Source of the DNA: Blastocystis sp. Blastoise
Taxonomy: Eukaryota > Protista > Bigyra: Opalinata
Direction: 5' to 3'
DNA length: 64,000 nt
Assembly: GCA_039096225.1 (NCBI GenBank)
Contig: JBBPEB010000007.1
Location: 620,001 to 684,000, forward strand
A program made the position numbers and the translations under genes. The notes below the pieces were generated by a model. It saw only the letters and a program-made list of their open reading frames with translations. It was not told where the DNA came from and made no database searches. Shown piece by piece: positions 28,115 through 42,000 of this stretch. How positions within the stretch are numbered: the first letter of the stretch is position 1; the number at the start of each line of letters is the position of its first letter.

Positions 28115-30100
28115 ATAGTATAGTTTGTTATTCGTCTTTCTCCTTGAGTTTTGGGTATTTTTTAAAAATAAAAGTATAATTATAATTAAGATAAGCTATT
28201 GCAGATACATATTTTTTATTTCATCTAAATATTTAATATTGACTGAGAAACATTCATTTATATGAAAAACATAAAAATGAAAATTTTCAAAAAAGGGTAT
28301 AGTTTGTTATTGTGATTTCTCAATCAATTCTTAATAAAATAAAAAAGTTAAAACATATTTAGAAACTAGACATGTCATAGCAGATACATGTTTTTCATTT
28401 TTTTAATTAATTGAAAACTCAGGTGACAAGAGTCAATAGTTGAACTCAATAAAAAATGACTTTCAAAAAATTTTCTTAAAAAGTTTTCATTTGTTTTTTG
28501 TTTATATTTTCATCATTAACAATTTTATTTGACATTTGACTTTATATTTAAAAACTACATACCAAAATAAACATATTTTACAATTTTATTTTGTTTTTAA
28601 AAGACTTTAACAACAGATCACCAGACAATGTTAACTTAATAAACTCTTAAAACGTTTTAATACGTGTTTAGAATCATTTATGGACACTGAATATGACTTA
28701 TTTGAAAAAATTAAGACAACATGTTGAACTGATACTGACAATGTTTGCTTTAAAAAGTCAGTTATGAGTCTTTATGAGTTGTATATGTCATAAATAAGCT
28801 TAAAATAAATAAATTTGTTTTTAATTGTCTTTAATTAGTGAAATAAGTCGTTTAAAAAGAAGAAAGCATTTTGGATACTATAGTTTATTTTGACAATTTC
28901 TCCATCAATATTAATTTAAATAAAATAAATAAATCTTATTTATAAACTAGACAACCTATAGTTTATATATTTATAAAAATATTATCAAAATATAAAATAA
29001 CTTTTGAGATAAAAAATTATATATGCAAAACATAAAAAAATTAATTTTTGAAAAAAGGGTATACTTTATAACATTAATTTCTCAGTCAATATTTAATTAT
29101 TATAAATAATTTTAGCAAATATATATAGAGAATAATATATATTAACGATATAAATTTTAACATTTAAAATTAATTAAGAAATGAGTTCAGTAGAGTCAAT
29201 AGTATAACATGTTAAAAAACTGAAAATTGAAAAATCGTTTTTCTAAAAATTTTCCGAAAGTTGACAAATCAAATTCATATTTGACAAATAATTTTTATAT
29301 ATTTGATAACTAGACCTTATATGTATTGCATTTCTCAAAAAATTAGTCAAAAATAAGTTAGACGAGTGTATATATATATGCACATGTTGACTCATAATTT
29401 TGAAAAAAGTAGTTAAATATGTCCTAAACCACATATCAAAGCAATTCTATAAATATTATCACTTTATAATGAGTTTAAAGGGTAAAATAATTTTGAATTG
29501 TCTGTTTGACTGTCTTAAGTGAAGAGATTCAATACACTTTTTATAAAAATGAGTATTAGAGTGTTTAATGTTTATAATAATAAAAGAATTGTTTGAAATA
29601 AAGGTGGTTGTGTGTTTGACCAAAATGTTAAAATGAGTCTATTTTTCTAAAATGGTTACAATAAGTATATATTGAGTGTTTTTAGAGTGTTTCATATTAA
29701 AATCTACAATAAATAAACATTTTAAGTTGTTTAAAAAATTATTTTTTAGAATTACAATAGTTAAGTCAAGAGATTCAAGTCACTTTTTATAAAAATAATA
29801 AATAGACTTATTATAGAATATAAAATATTAAAAATTAGTTTAATTAAACATGGTTGACTGTTTGATAGGAGTGTTAAAATGGGTAAAAAGATTTTAATTG
29901 TTTCTAAAACTGTATAATACGTTTTTATGTCACTAAATACAAAATTATTATTGTTTAAAGAATGTTTTTTGTCTTTCAAAAGAACTCATTTTTTTGTAAT
30001 TGTGACTTTAAACAAAAGAGATTCAAGTTATTTTTTATAAATTAAAATAACAAATTAAATATATGTGTATATGAATATAAAATTAGTTAAAATAAAAGTG
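28115..30100. repeat. Degenerate periodic repeats (~180-bp pairs and a ~247-bp triplet)
   Basis: TATAGTTT-type anchors at ~28119/28298 and ~28879/29059. AAGAGATTCAA..C/TTTTTATAAA anchors at 29522, 29768 and 30016. Confidence 0.6.
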
Positions 30101-30987
30101 AGTATATGTATTTAAAAACGTTTAAATCTTTTAGAGTTTTTTTATAATAACTTATTTGTTTTATAAACTATATTTTATGTATAATAGGTAAAGTTTCCAA
30201 AGTATTTAAATCTATTTAGTTATGAAATGGAATGTAATTTTTGTTTTATATTTTAGTTTTTATTTCTTATTTCTAAAATGATTTTGATAACACTATAAAA
30301 ATTAAATAAATTTGAATTAAGTAATTTAAAATAATGAAAAGATAATTTCTCTAAAAATAATCTCTTTTACTTATAACGAATAAATTCTATTAATGATAAA
30401 TATTAAAATAAGACTCTAATTTTTTTGTTTATTATATAAAGTAATAAATATCTTTTAATTATTAAGAGTACTTTTGTATTAATAATTCAAACTAAAATAA
30501 GTATAATAAAAGAAAAATTATAATATTTATCAAATAATATCAAGATATGATTACTATTTATATAATTAAACATTTATTAATTGAGAAAAGCTGTATAATA
30601 AAATTTCTAAAATATTTATATAATAGTATATATAAAAGGAAAGGATAAAATATAAAAAAACAAATAGATATCAAAATTATAATATTTTAAAAATAAAACA
30701 AAACAATATATGAAAAGAATAAAAAAGAATATATAATATTTTTTTAGACAAGAGAATAAGCTATTTCTCACAATAATAATTATATAGACTAATTCAAATA
30801 AAACATAAATATTTAAAGGTAGGGTATAAGTGATAATAATATGTTTTAAAAGAAAAAGTATTTTATAATCATATTGATATTATTTAAAATACTAAATATT
30901 TATAAAACTAAATGAATTGATAAAATACATAGAAAGTTATAAATGAAATAACAAAGAAAAGTGAATTAATATTGAAAACTAAAAACT

Positions 30988-31148
30988 AAATAGAAATAGA
31001 AATAGAAATAGAAATAGAAATAGAAATAGAAATAGAAATAGAAATAGAAATAGAAATAGAAATAGAAATAGAAATAGAAATAGAAATAGAAATAGAAATA
31101 GAAATAGAAATAGAAATAGAAATAGAAATAGAAATAGAAATAGAAATA
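30988..31148 (+). repeat. (AAATAG)n hexanucleotide microsatellite
   Basis: ~27 perfect units. Confidence 0.97.
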
Positions 31149-31512
31149 AGATCAAAAATAAAACGCAAGAGTTAATTAATTATCATTGATAAACAATAAA
31201 TATATATAATCAATAATAAAAATGGCTAAAAAGAATATTAAAAAAAAAGGAAATAATACTCAAAAACATATAGAATGTTAAGTAAGAATTATCAATATGT
31301 ATGAATTAAATTATTTAAAATACTAAATTGAAAATTAAGATTAGAAGATAACAATTAAAAGCAATTGAAATAATATTTTATAAAATATGAAATAGTTTTA
31401 ATCCTAAAAAAAAATAAAAACAGAAATGAATAACAAAAACATAAGAATAAATATTCATTTTTTAAAATTCAATGTAAGATATAACAATTGAGAGATAATA
31501 ATTATCTAAACT

Positions 31513-31566
31513 CAAGCGTAGGCTGGCGTAGCCAGTCGTGAAACGCTTGTTTTCTTTAATTTCTAG
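31513..31566 (+). mobile_element. Helitron 3' terminus (subterminal hairpin + CTAG|T); 5' end not located
   Basis: GC-rich hairpin CAAGCGT-a-GGCTGGC-GTA-GCCAGTC-gtgaa-ACGCTTG (31513-31549), a 13-nt spacer, then CTAG at 31563-31566 followed by T. Confidence 0.75.
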
Positions 31567-32699
31567 TATTATATAGGTTTTTTAATATGAATACGATGAT
31601 CTGGATGCACTGTATTGTTCACATCCAGAAACAGATGACAAAAAGCAAAGAAGGAATGGTCAATGTTCGAAAACTTATGGTTCAAAATACTCTTTATGAT
31701 GTGTTCAGAGTGTTCTAGGTATATAGATTATTTCATAATTATGTTTCTAAAGAAAAAAAAGATGAAAAGGTTTGTTAAGACTTGATTGACTCAAGTTCAG
31801 TTTCAAATGTGATAGAATATGAATATGTTAGATAGAGATGTGAATAAATATTGAAATAAGTTCTAATGGATAAATGAATATATATAGGTGAATAAATAGA
31901 TGAATATTCTTCAACTCAAACAATTCTTTGCTATTTTTTATTATTAAAAAGAAATATTGATTTTTTATTGAAAAGAAGGGTATGAAGTTATACATAGTAT
32001 ATATGTTTTTATGGAGCTATTAAATTTTTTATATTATTCTAATGTTTAGTATATATCCTTCTACTTGTTTTATTATATAAAAATGTATATTTCTTTTGTG
32101 AATTATTAGTCTTATGAATGAGGATGATATTTTTGTTTAATTACTATTATGTTTAGGTATGTTATATATACTACATTATTCAATTTATATAATACTTTTA
32201 TTATTGAACATAATAATAATATTAGATAAAACAATAGTTTATAGTATGCTCTTATTTAAATAAAATTATGTGTTTATACCGATTTTATTGTTAGATATTC
32301 TATTGAATATTCTTTGATATCAAATAGATAATTATACTTATAAATAACAAAAAATATCATCTAATAATATATAACAATTTATTACTTTTATTAGTAACTA
32401 GTATAGTAATTTGTATATAAAAAATAATAGCTTTACAAATACTTTTATTAGCAAGAAGAGTATATACAAAGAATATTCAACATAAAAACAAAAATAACCA
32501 TTACGAATACATTAATATATAAACATATCTAATAATAATAGTTGATAGTACTATATCTCTATATAAGAGAGATATTATTAGTTAGATATATAATAAATAG
32601 ATCGATATAAATATTTATATATAACAAGAAAAATATATTATTTATAAGAATGAATATAGGAATAATAATAATCAAATAGATATATACATTTTTATCAAT

Positions 32700-33860
32700 G
32701 ATTATTATTAAAATTATAGACAATGAAATAAATCACGAATTCATTTTCTATTTCTTTTCATACTGTAGAGATCATGTAATAGAATATATAAATATTTATT
32801 TATTCTATATATACCTTATCTTCTTCAATACTATCAAATTAAATACAAAGAATTTGTTCTTATTTCCCATTGAATCATTCTATGTATCTAATATTATTTG
32901 AATCTGAGGATACTCAAGGGAATAAGTATTATTACTTCAAATGATAATTATGTATTTTCTATTTTTCTTGTTTTTTATTTTCATCAATATCTATATATAT
33001 AGAATTCTAATAAAAACCATTTAATAAAAAAGTATGTTTAATAATTATATACTTATTCATCTTCTGAATGTCTATATATATTATAATAAGTGATTCTTAA
33101 TAGTTATTCTTAATCTATATTATTTATTTTAAATCATTCGAGAGAGTATTTCTCTAGGGATAAGAAGAATCTATATATATTCTTTTAATAAAATAACTCA
33201 TAAGAATTGGAGCGAAATATGAAATTAATTATTTCAAGATAAAATAGATATAATTATATATAGAATCATACCTTCTAAATCATATAAAAAATACTTTTCT
33301 TTGTTAGAATATGGAATAAAGAATAATGTATTTGATCTTCTTTCATTTTTGACATATTAAGAACCATCTATATAAATTAATAGACTATTATATGAATATA
33401 AATACATTTGATAATTAATATTCTTCTCAAATAAAAGAATAAAAAAGCATGAAATACTTTCGTTGACTTTCATAACTTCATTTCTATGCAATCTATATTA
33501 ATCATATAAATATATCTAAACATACATCATAAAAAGACAAAAAATTGTCATGAAAATCATCTTAATAATATGAAAAGATATTCAAATGGTTGCTACAAGT
33601 GCCCTTATCCTTCAGATAATTCTAGATATTCTCATATTTGAAAACACTAATTGTGGAAGAATTCTTCAAATGACAAGAAATATTATGCTTTTTAGATTTT
33701 TAAGACATCAGAGAAACGCTAGAGTATGCGAAATTAATATATTTAACAAAAATAATGATATACTTTATTTTCTAGCAATCAATCACATTTTCCTTCATTA
33801 CTATTAGCATTCTTATTATTTTGATATTTGAATTATCTTTATTCATCGAATACATAGAGA
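32700..33860 (-). pseudogene. Probable decayed multi-exon gene, head-to-head with TLDc copy 3
   Basis: Exon-like blocks between GTAT/TAG introns (e.g. 33272-33367, 32816-32990) with in-frame stops in the plausible frames. Confidence 0.4.
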
Positions 33861-34038
33861 ATACAATAAAATACAATTTATAAGAATGACACGATACTAT
33901 AGAAACAACAAAAAACGAAGAATTCCGATCACTTCCAATAAACATGAACTTTTCGATTATTTCACTATGATTTCAAAAAATATCTTTGGGAAAAAACAGA
34001 ATCCTTTTTTATTATTTTTCTTCGTTTGGCATTGGATA

Positions 34039-35622
34039 ATGGTGAAGAAAAATATGAAATTTGATGTTAGTAAGATAGGTGATATTCAGAAGGATGTGAT
34101 CCATTTTGAAAGACTGATTGGTGATTTGATTGGTATTTTAAGTAAGTCAATAAGTTTCTGTATTCATTCTGGAGAGTCTATAAATGAATTAGTGAATCGA
34201 TTAGCAAGAAATTATGAAGGAATGAATGATGAGAATGGTGATGATCCAAGTATAATTATCCAAGAATCTTCATATGTTGATGACACTGATGCTACTATGA
34301 ATAATAATGATAATGGAATTGATTATATTCGATTTACAAGTAGTGGTCCTCTTTATTCTCTTCCTAAACGAATAACAAATAGTTTAGTAGGTAGTTATTT
34401 ATATGAATGTTCTCAAGAAAAGCGAACTATTTATGGTGATATATATTTAGATTATTGTGGTGATGAAACAGTAGCTCCGTTATTAATTGATTCTTTAATG
34501 AATAAGAAAGTGAATATTGAAGAGTTGAAAATAGGTGATCAAATTGATTTATTAAATTTATTTGAGTATTGTGAATTACCTATTCCTGAAGAATTAACAT
34601 TAATATATAATTATAGAGATCATATAATGAAGCGATACAAAGAAGGTGATATTATTACTGCATATATTAATAAAAGTGAAGATGAACTGATTAGTAAATA
34701 TATAAGTATGAATAATAATGGTTATTATTGTTGTAATTCTTATGCATATGGGTATGTAGATCGTGATATTGGCACTAATAAATTATGGATTAAGTTTAAT
34801 TTTAAATATATTCAATATATATATGAATATATTTATCATAATTGTATATGTATACCTACTGAAGAAATAAATACTATCGATAGATCTTTATTAGAGAATG
34901 AAATGTATACTGTATTTGGTGAGAAAGGAAGAGAAGCTGTTAGAGACGGCTGGGGTGTTAATACTAATTTCCCACATTCATATATAGTTAATAAAAATAC
35001 TGAAATTAATTTAATGAACTGGTTTCGTAGTTATAATGGAGAATGGAAATTACTATTTAGGTATATCTATTATTTATTATTATTACATATATATTATATA
35101 GAGCAAGTGAGCATCATTATTCTGCAAAAGAATATCAATACCATCGTAACGGATATAAAGAGATATTAACGATTATTAAGCATATTGGTCATAATAATAA
35201 AGTTAATATATTTGGTGGATGTATCTAGAATATATATTGATCATTATTATTATCATATATGTACATTATGTTTTGTATATATAGTTAAAGGAAATAGTTC
35301 TTATAACTACGATAGTTTGTTTACCTTAAGTAATGAACATGATATTCCTCCTACTCTATATAATCGAAGAGAACACCATGGAGGCGACTCTTATTATGAT
35401 TCTATTGCTTGTCCTCAGTTTGGAGATCGTGATATCTATATATCAGATGATTGCCATAATAATACAAATTCCTATTGTTATGCAAATAATTATAAACAAG
35501 CGAAAACACCTCAAAATAGTTCATTATTTGTAAATACTGCTGGCCCTTATGAACAAAACTACTTTAAAGTAGAAGATTATGAAGTATGGGGAAGACAAAA
35601 ATATACTGATGGATATTATTAA
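34039..35622 (+). CDS. Tandem BTB + divergent TLDc protein, copy 3
   Basis: ATG at 34039 (MVKKNMKFD) aligns with the paralog starts. Exons 34039-35060, 35102-35220 and 35285-35622. Retains WKLLFRAS, LSNEHDIPPT and EDYEVWG. Confidence 0.85.
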
Positions 35623-36066
35623 AAGATACGCTTATTATGAATTTACCTTGTTTGTTCCAAATAAAAATATATTTTTTTGTTGCTTATTATACAATACTCA
35701 TATTTGTATTGTTCATTTATATATTTTTTCTTGTTGGATATAGTTAGTATTATTTTATTTCAAGAAATTTTTTGTTGTTATTTGAAAATAAAACTATATT
35801 ATTGAAACATATAAGTGCTGAATAATCGTACAATTATAAATAATGGGAAATAAGTATTAGTTTTTGAATAAATAAAAACATAAATACTTATGTTTCAACA
35901 TATCATTCACTGAATAACTCTTCAGTCATTGTAAAAAAAAAAAAAATTAGCAAGATAACTATACTTTTTAAAAGTTACAGTAGATATACAAAATTATAAA
36001 TTTAAAATAAATGATTACATCAAATAATCAATAAAAAAAATATTACTTATATAAATAAAAATATAT

Positions 36067-39000
36067 TTATAAATAAGGTCCCCATCCAGGAAATAGACTA
36101 CATAATTTATGATTATCACTTGCAGTATTAATAAGTATATCTATATAAACAGAAGGATCTTGAGTCTCTTTAACATCAGTATGACAGTCAAGTTTATTAG
36201 ATATCTATATATATAAAAATAATAGAGATAAGAATACTGAAGAGTTAATAAAAAGATATATATAACAATAAATATATATATATACTTTATTAATAGCTAA
36301 TTGTGCATCTTGTTTTCCATCAATATACTTACGAATCTATATATGTAACAATATTAAGACTATTCTCTATATATATGTAGATATATACATCTTTATTATC
36401 AATATTACTAGTATCTAAACACCATCGATATAGAGGATCATGAAGAAATACCTAGTGTAGAATATAAGTATTATTTATATTATAATAAATATAATTATAT
36501 TAATAGATATTTTAATAATAATAATAATAATAATATATAATAAATAATAAAAAATAATTATTTAGATATACCTTTAATAATGTTAATATAGTTTCTTTAT
36601 TTCCTGCTAATATTTTCATAATATCAGCCATATATCGTTTCATTTTAGCTTCTCCCCCGCGGGGAAAAGGGTCAATAATATTCTGAGTATATCGGAATGG
36701 AATAACCTCGGGAATTGACAGATATCGACCTTGTTCAAATACAATACCAAAATCAATATGAATAACACTTCCTGTATATATATATATATTTAGATATAAA
36801 TAACTATTATATAAAACGAATTAAAAATATATTCATATATATATATACCTGTATATTTTTGAATCAGAATATTCTTTAGATGTCGATCTCCAATACCAAG
36901 CACGTGACCATAAATAGAATATAATGATGTAGAATATAAATAATTCTCTCTACTAATATACCATTGTTGTATATTTGGATAGTTTTCAATAAAATAATAA
37001 TGAAGACAAGGGGAGAAATGATCTAAAATATCCATAAATACAGAATACTATATATATAAATATATAAAATAAAGAATATAATAATATATATAAAGAAGAC
37101 TGTAGCTAGAAACGATAATAATAATATTTATGTGTATATAGATTAACTGAATAATAAAAATCCTTGAAATAAAAGCATACCTTTTCATTCTTGTTTGCTT
37201 TTACTAACTTTTCTCTACACTTTCTTTCTGTGTATTCCCGTGGGAAATATCGCTGGTGAGCAGAAAGTGATACATCACTATAGAATAATATTAACAAATA
37301 TATATATATATAGATATAAATTTGGAAAGCAAAAGATAAATTCAAAATAAAATACAAAATAAAAAATTATATTAAATAAAAAGATACATATCATTAGCAA
37401 TATAATCTTTAAGAGCTATAGTATATCTTAACCAATGTAATAATCCAGCAGAAATAGAGAGAGGAATAATCTATATATAGAAGAATAAAGTTAAAAATCT
37501 TAATAATAATAGCTACAAATTAGTTTTGAAAAATTTATTGCTTGAAAAACATGTATACAAATACATATAAATATAAACAAATAAGTGAATATATATATAA
37601 ATTTGAATATACTTTATATGTGCATAATGATTGATATTTCTGATTATTTTGTATTCGTTGTTGATCAAAATATACGAATTCGTTGAAAATACAGAAAAGT
37701 TGTTGAATAATATAATCTGATTTTATATCATCTACTTTCAGCATCTCTTTATATATATGGGTATTATCTTCATAATCAGAATAAGATATTGTATCGTTAT
37801 CCCCGTGGGAAATACTATTATTTGATGAATATTTATATGTATCAATATATATAGTTTTTGGAACATGAATACCAGTTGCAACTGTCTATATATATAATAT
37901 TCATGATACACATATATAGAATATATATAATATTATAGGAAACAATATATAAATAATAAAGCTACTATATATATTCCTTGAGAATAATAGCTATAAAAAC
38001 AATAATAGATATACTTCAAAATAATCATAAATCTTGTATATATAAGGAAGTGATGGATAATGTTCAAGCGATTCCCATGGTAAATTTGGATAATCAGCGG
38101 TAAGAACAGGAATATCCCACAATTTCTTTTGAGTATCAAAATCGAAAAATTGACTAATTTTAAAGTTTTTCCCTCTACTTTTCATTTCATATATAGATAT
38201 AGATATATATAAAGTAGTAATAGTTATATAAGAATTAATCATAGATTGAAGATTCATAGATGCATTTGATTGGTCAGAGATCATGTGATCTAATATTGAC
38301 TTGATTGGCTTATAAGTAGGTAGTTCTTTATCACGTGATAATGAAGTATTTGTTCCCATTTCTACGTGATAATAATACATTAAATAAGGAAGAAGATGAT
38401 AAGGATAATCAACAGTCAGTTTCATGATTATTTTGCAAATTATACGCGAAAAAAGAGAATTAAAAGAAGGAATTCTTGATAATAACTGATTAAATATGGG
38501 TAAAAAGACATGAATTGGAAGAAGGTCAATTTGTTTAGATACTAATTCATTAATAGAATCTCTATATATATATATATTTAAATTTGAAATATGTTATAAA
38601 GTATATCCTAAATATAATTAAATAGAAATTTATAAAAATACATTTCACAATTATCAAACCATAAATTAAGATATCTATATATAATTTTTCCATTTCCCCC
38701 ATGTTTATTATTAGTTCCATCACCTCTATCCATGTCTATTCCCGCGGTTAAGCATGCAGCATACCAATAAAGTGTTTGTGATAAAGAAATAGAAAGTGAT
38801 GTAGTTATATCTTTATGTGAATTATCTTGTATATAGATCTCTCGAGAACGAATTTTATTATGTAATGATAATAACTGATCTTTTGTTAAACTATATATAT
38901 AATGATATGTATAATGATATTTATATATGATTATACTATAATATATATATATCAAATACTCTTTCCCTCGAATCATTTGAGTTAATACTTCGATATCTTT

Positions 39001-42000
39001 TTTATATGTATTCTATATATAGATATATAGTATGATTATGTATAATATATATATTATATATATACAATAATCTTATCAATGTTTTTCTTTTCTTCACTTT
39101 CATTATAATTATATTTGTTAGTATATATAGATTCATACAAACGAGCTATTTCTAAACAACAATAACCTATATATAAATAATAATAATATTATTATTATTC
39201 TTTTTCAAATAATAATTAAAACAATTATATATATACCCCAATTTTTGTTTTTCTTTGTATATTGTTTACATATTTCTTCATATTTAGAAACATCATTTTC
39301 ATTTTCAGTCACAATATCTGCATATTTATATTGTTGAATTGTATACTGATTTATTTTATCAACATCATTACTCTCTGTAATACATTGTCTATATAGAATA
39401 TATATATAATAATAAGAATGTTTTTAAATAATATATATTATTGACAAATATATAACTATATGTATATATACTTTATAATTCTTAAAGCATGATTATTCAT
39501 CCCTTCTTTAAATAAATATTTACTTAGTTCGAATTTATATATAGATATATCTAAGTCTATTTCTATATAAACATAATATATAAAATAATAGTGTAATTTC
39601 ATATATTCTATTATTATAGTTAAAAACAATATATATATATAAATATATACTTTTATCCTTACTAATCTGTAAAATATGTTCAATTCTTTTATTTATATAA
39701 ATATATTCATTTTTATATCCATATATATTATAGATCTTCAAATGATTAATAAGAATTGTATATATATCTGTTAAAAGTATTTTTTCCTTATATTTAGGAA
39801 GAGAATCGCGGTTATTTGATGAAAATGATTGATAATGAAGAAACATAATAGTTTCCAAATATGTATATAGATCTGATATATACGAATATGTATATATAGA
39901 AAGAGAAGAAGACAGATGCTTTGATATATTTACTAAAGAAATGAAATATAGTAAAATAATAATAAATAACGTTATTAACACAATAGTAATTTAAGTATAA
40001 AACAAATATAAATATAATAATATATATATATATAAATATAATAATAAATGTAATAAATATAATAATAAATATAATAAATATAATATTAATATACAAATAG
40101 TAGACGATGATGGAAGAGAATTATGTTCATAAAGAGAATCAAAATATTGAATGTAATTATATTTTGTAAGAAGCTCAATACTCATAGACTCTATATATAA
40201 TGTAATGATATAGTATAGATACATAGCTATTCTACATACATAAACATATATATATCTAGAATAAAAAATATATATTATATATATATATACTTTCATTATG
40301 AAGTGTATTATTATATATATTCATATATTGATCTATAAATGTATTTATATGCTTAAAAGAGGATGATGATGATGAAATCTGTCGAATCATATCAAATACA
40401 CCTTTATTAATACTATTAGATGCTAAATAATCACGGGAATGAATCGTATCATCTAACAAAAGTGGAGATTCCCATGAATAAGATTGAAGACTCATATAAT
40501 AATATTGATCAATATCTTTTGTCTCCGCATCAATAATACCATTCGATATATACCTATATGAACAAGAAGAGGAAGAATGATAAACATATATATAATATAT
40601 ATATATATATACATATTAAATAAACCATATAATCGTAAAGAAGACATGCTTTCAGCAAGAGGAAGAAAGATCTGTGAATTCCCACGGGGTTCTTGGGTAT
40701 TCAATGAAGAATCAACACTATATATACATGATAGAATATATAAATAAAAACGAAAATAAAATAAATTAATATACATATAAAGTGCTTTCATGTTATCTTG
40801 ATCATTACGTTTATTTGTATATATATAAGGATCTGAAAATATCTGAATATCTTTCTTTGTATATATATAACTATCGATATCATCAATTTCTTGAAAGATT
40901 CCCGCCATCTTTTGGCGGTAAATTTCTTTTTCTTGAGAGGATATCATAACAGAATCATAAGGAGATAGCAAAGGTTTTCCTAAAGTATTCTTATTCCCGC
41001 GATTATTTTCATAAAGATATAGATTATAATCATAAAGAAGTGTTGCTAGATAAAAATGATTTGTATATATACATATATCAATTAATAGAGAAATAGGAAG
41101 AGAAAGAGAAACTAATATAGAACAGAAAGGATCTATGAAATAACCGTGGGAATCATTAGAATTATCAGGAGAAGCATAAGTTCTTAATTTTCTTCTTGGA
41201 TTTTCAGATTGTGTTTCGGATGTAGGAACACTAATGGGAACAAAATCATCAGGTGAATCCGTTGTTTTAAAGAAGAAGATAGAGATCGTCCGAAGAGAAA
41301 GAAGCGTTGATATATATAGAGAGAGTAATTTTGTAAGAAGAGATTGTGGGAAATGAAGAGAATAATCGCGGTTATTACATGTAGAACATGAACTTTGATG
41401 CGTTTGAGGATTTAGTTGTGTTAATGAATATATATGTGTATACATTTCTGAAATAACCGTGGAAATAGAAAGAGTTTGTTTGGCTTCAATAAATACATAT
41501 ATAGTTAATGGAAGAAGATAATATTGAAATATAGGAATAGATGTATAGTTGAGAAAACACTATATATATATAATTGGGTAATAATAATATTTATATATAT
41601 ACAATAATATTAGGTAATTGTGATTTAATTTTAAGTTGATTATATGTATTAAATAAATAGACTATATGTTGTTGTATATATTCATATATAGTAGAATAAG
41701 AGACAATATGAAGAGAAGGAGAAGGAACATTAGGTAAAGATAGAGAAAGAGATGAAATATGATTGGATCTATATATAAATATTATAAAGGAAAAACTTTT
41801 AGTATTATAAAAAAACAATATATATATATATACTTATCGCTATTGATAGATTTTAAGAATAAAAGTATATGTTTATATTTATAAACAGATTTGGGGATAT
41901 CTTTATACAATTGAGAAATTAAGTTATTTTTTGAAAGATAATATAGATTTAGAATAGTTTCATAGGAATCTAAAGGCTTATTACTATATTTTATCCAATT

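Noticed and set aside
30986-31168. ORF of IS repeats; possible telomeric array
   Set aside because: It is the translation of an (AAATAG)n microsatellite; interstitial and not G-rich telomere-like.
33886-34038. 51-aa N-terminal extension of TLDc copy 3
   Set aside because: All paralogs start at MVK; the extension is probably an open 5' UTR.
35649-35656. TGTTTGTT suggesting a polyadenylation-created stop codon (Blastocystis trait)
   Set aside because: The upstream gene already has a genomic TAA, as do all complete genes here; at most an ordinary poly(A) signal.
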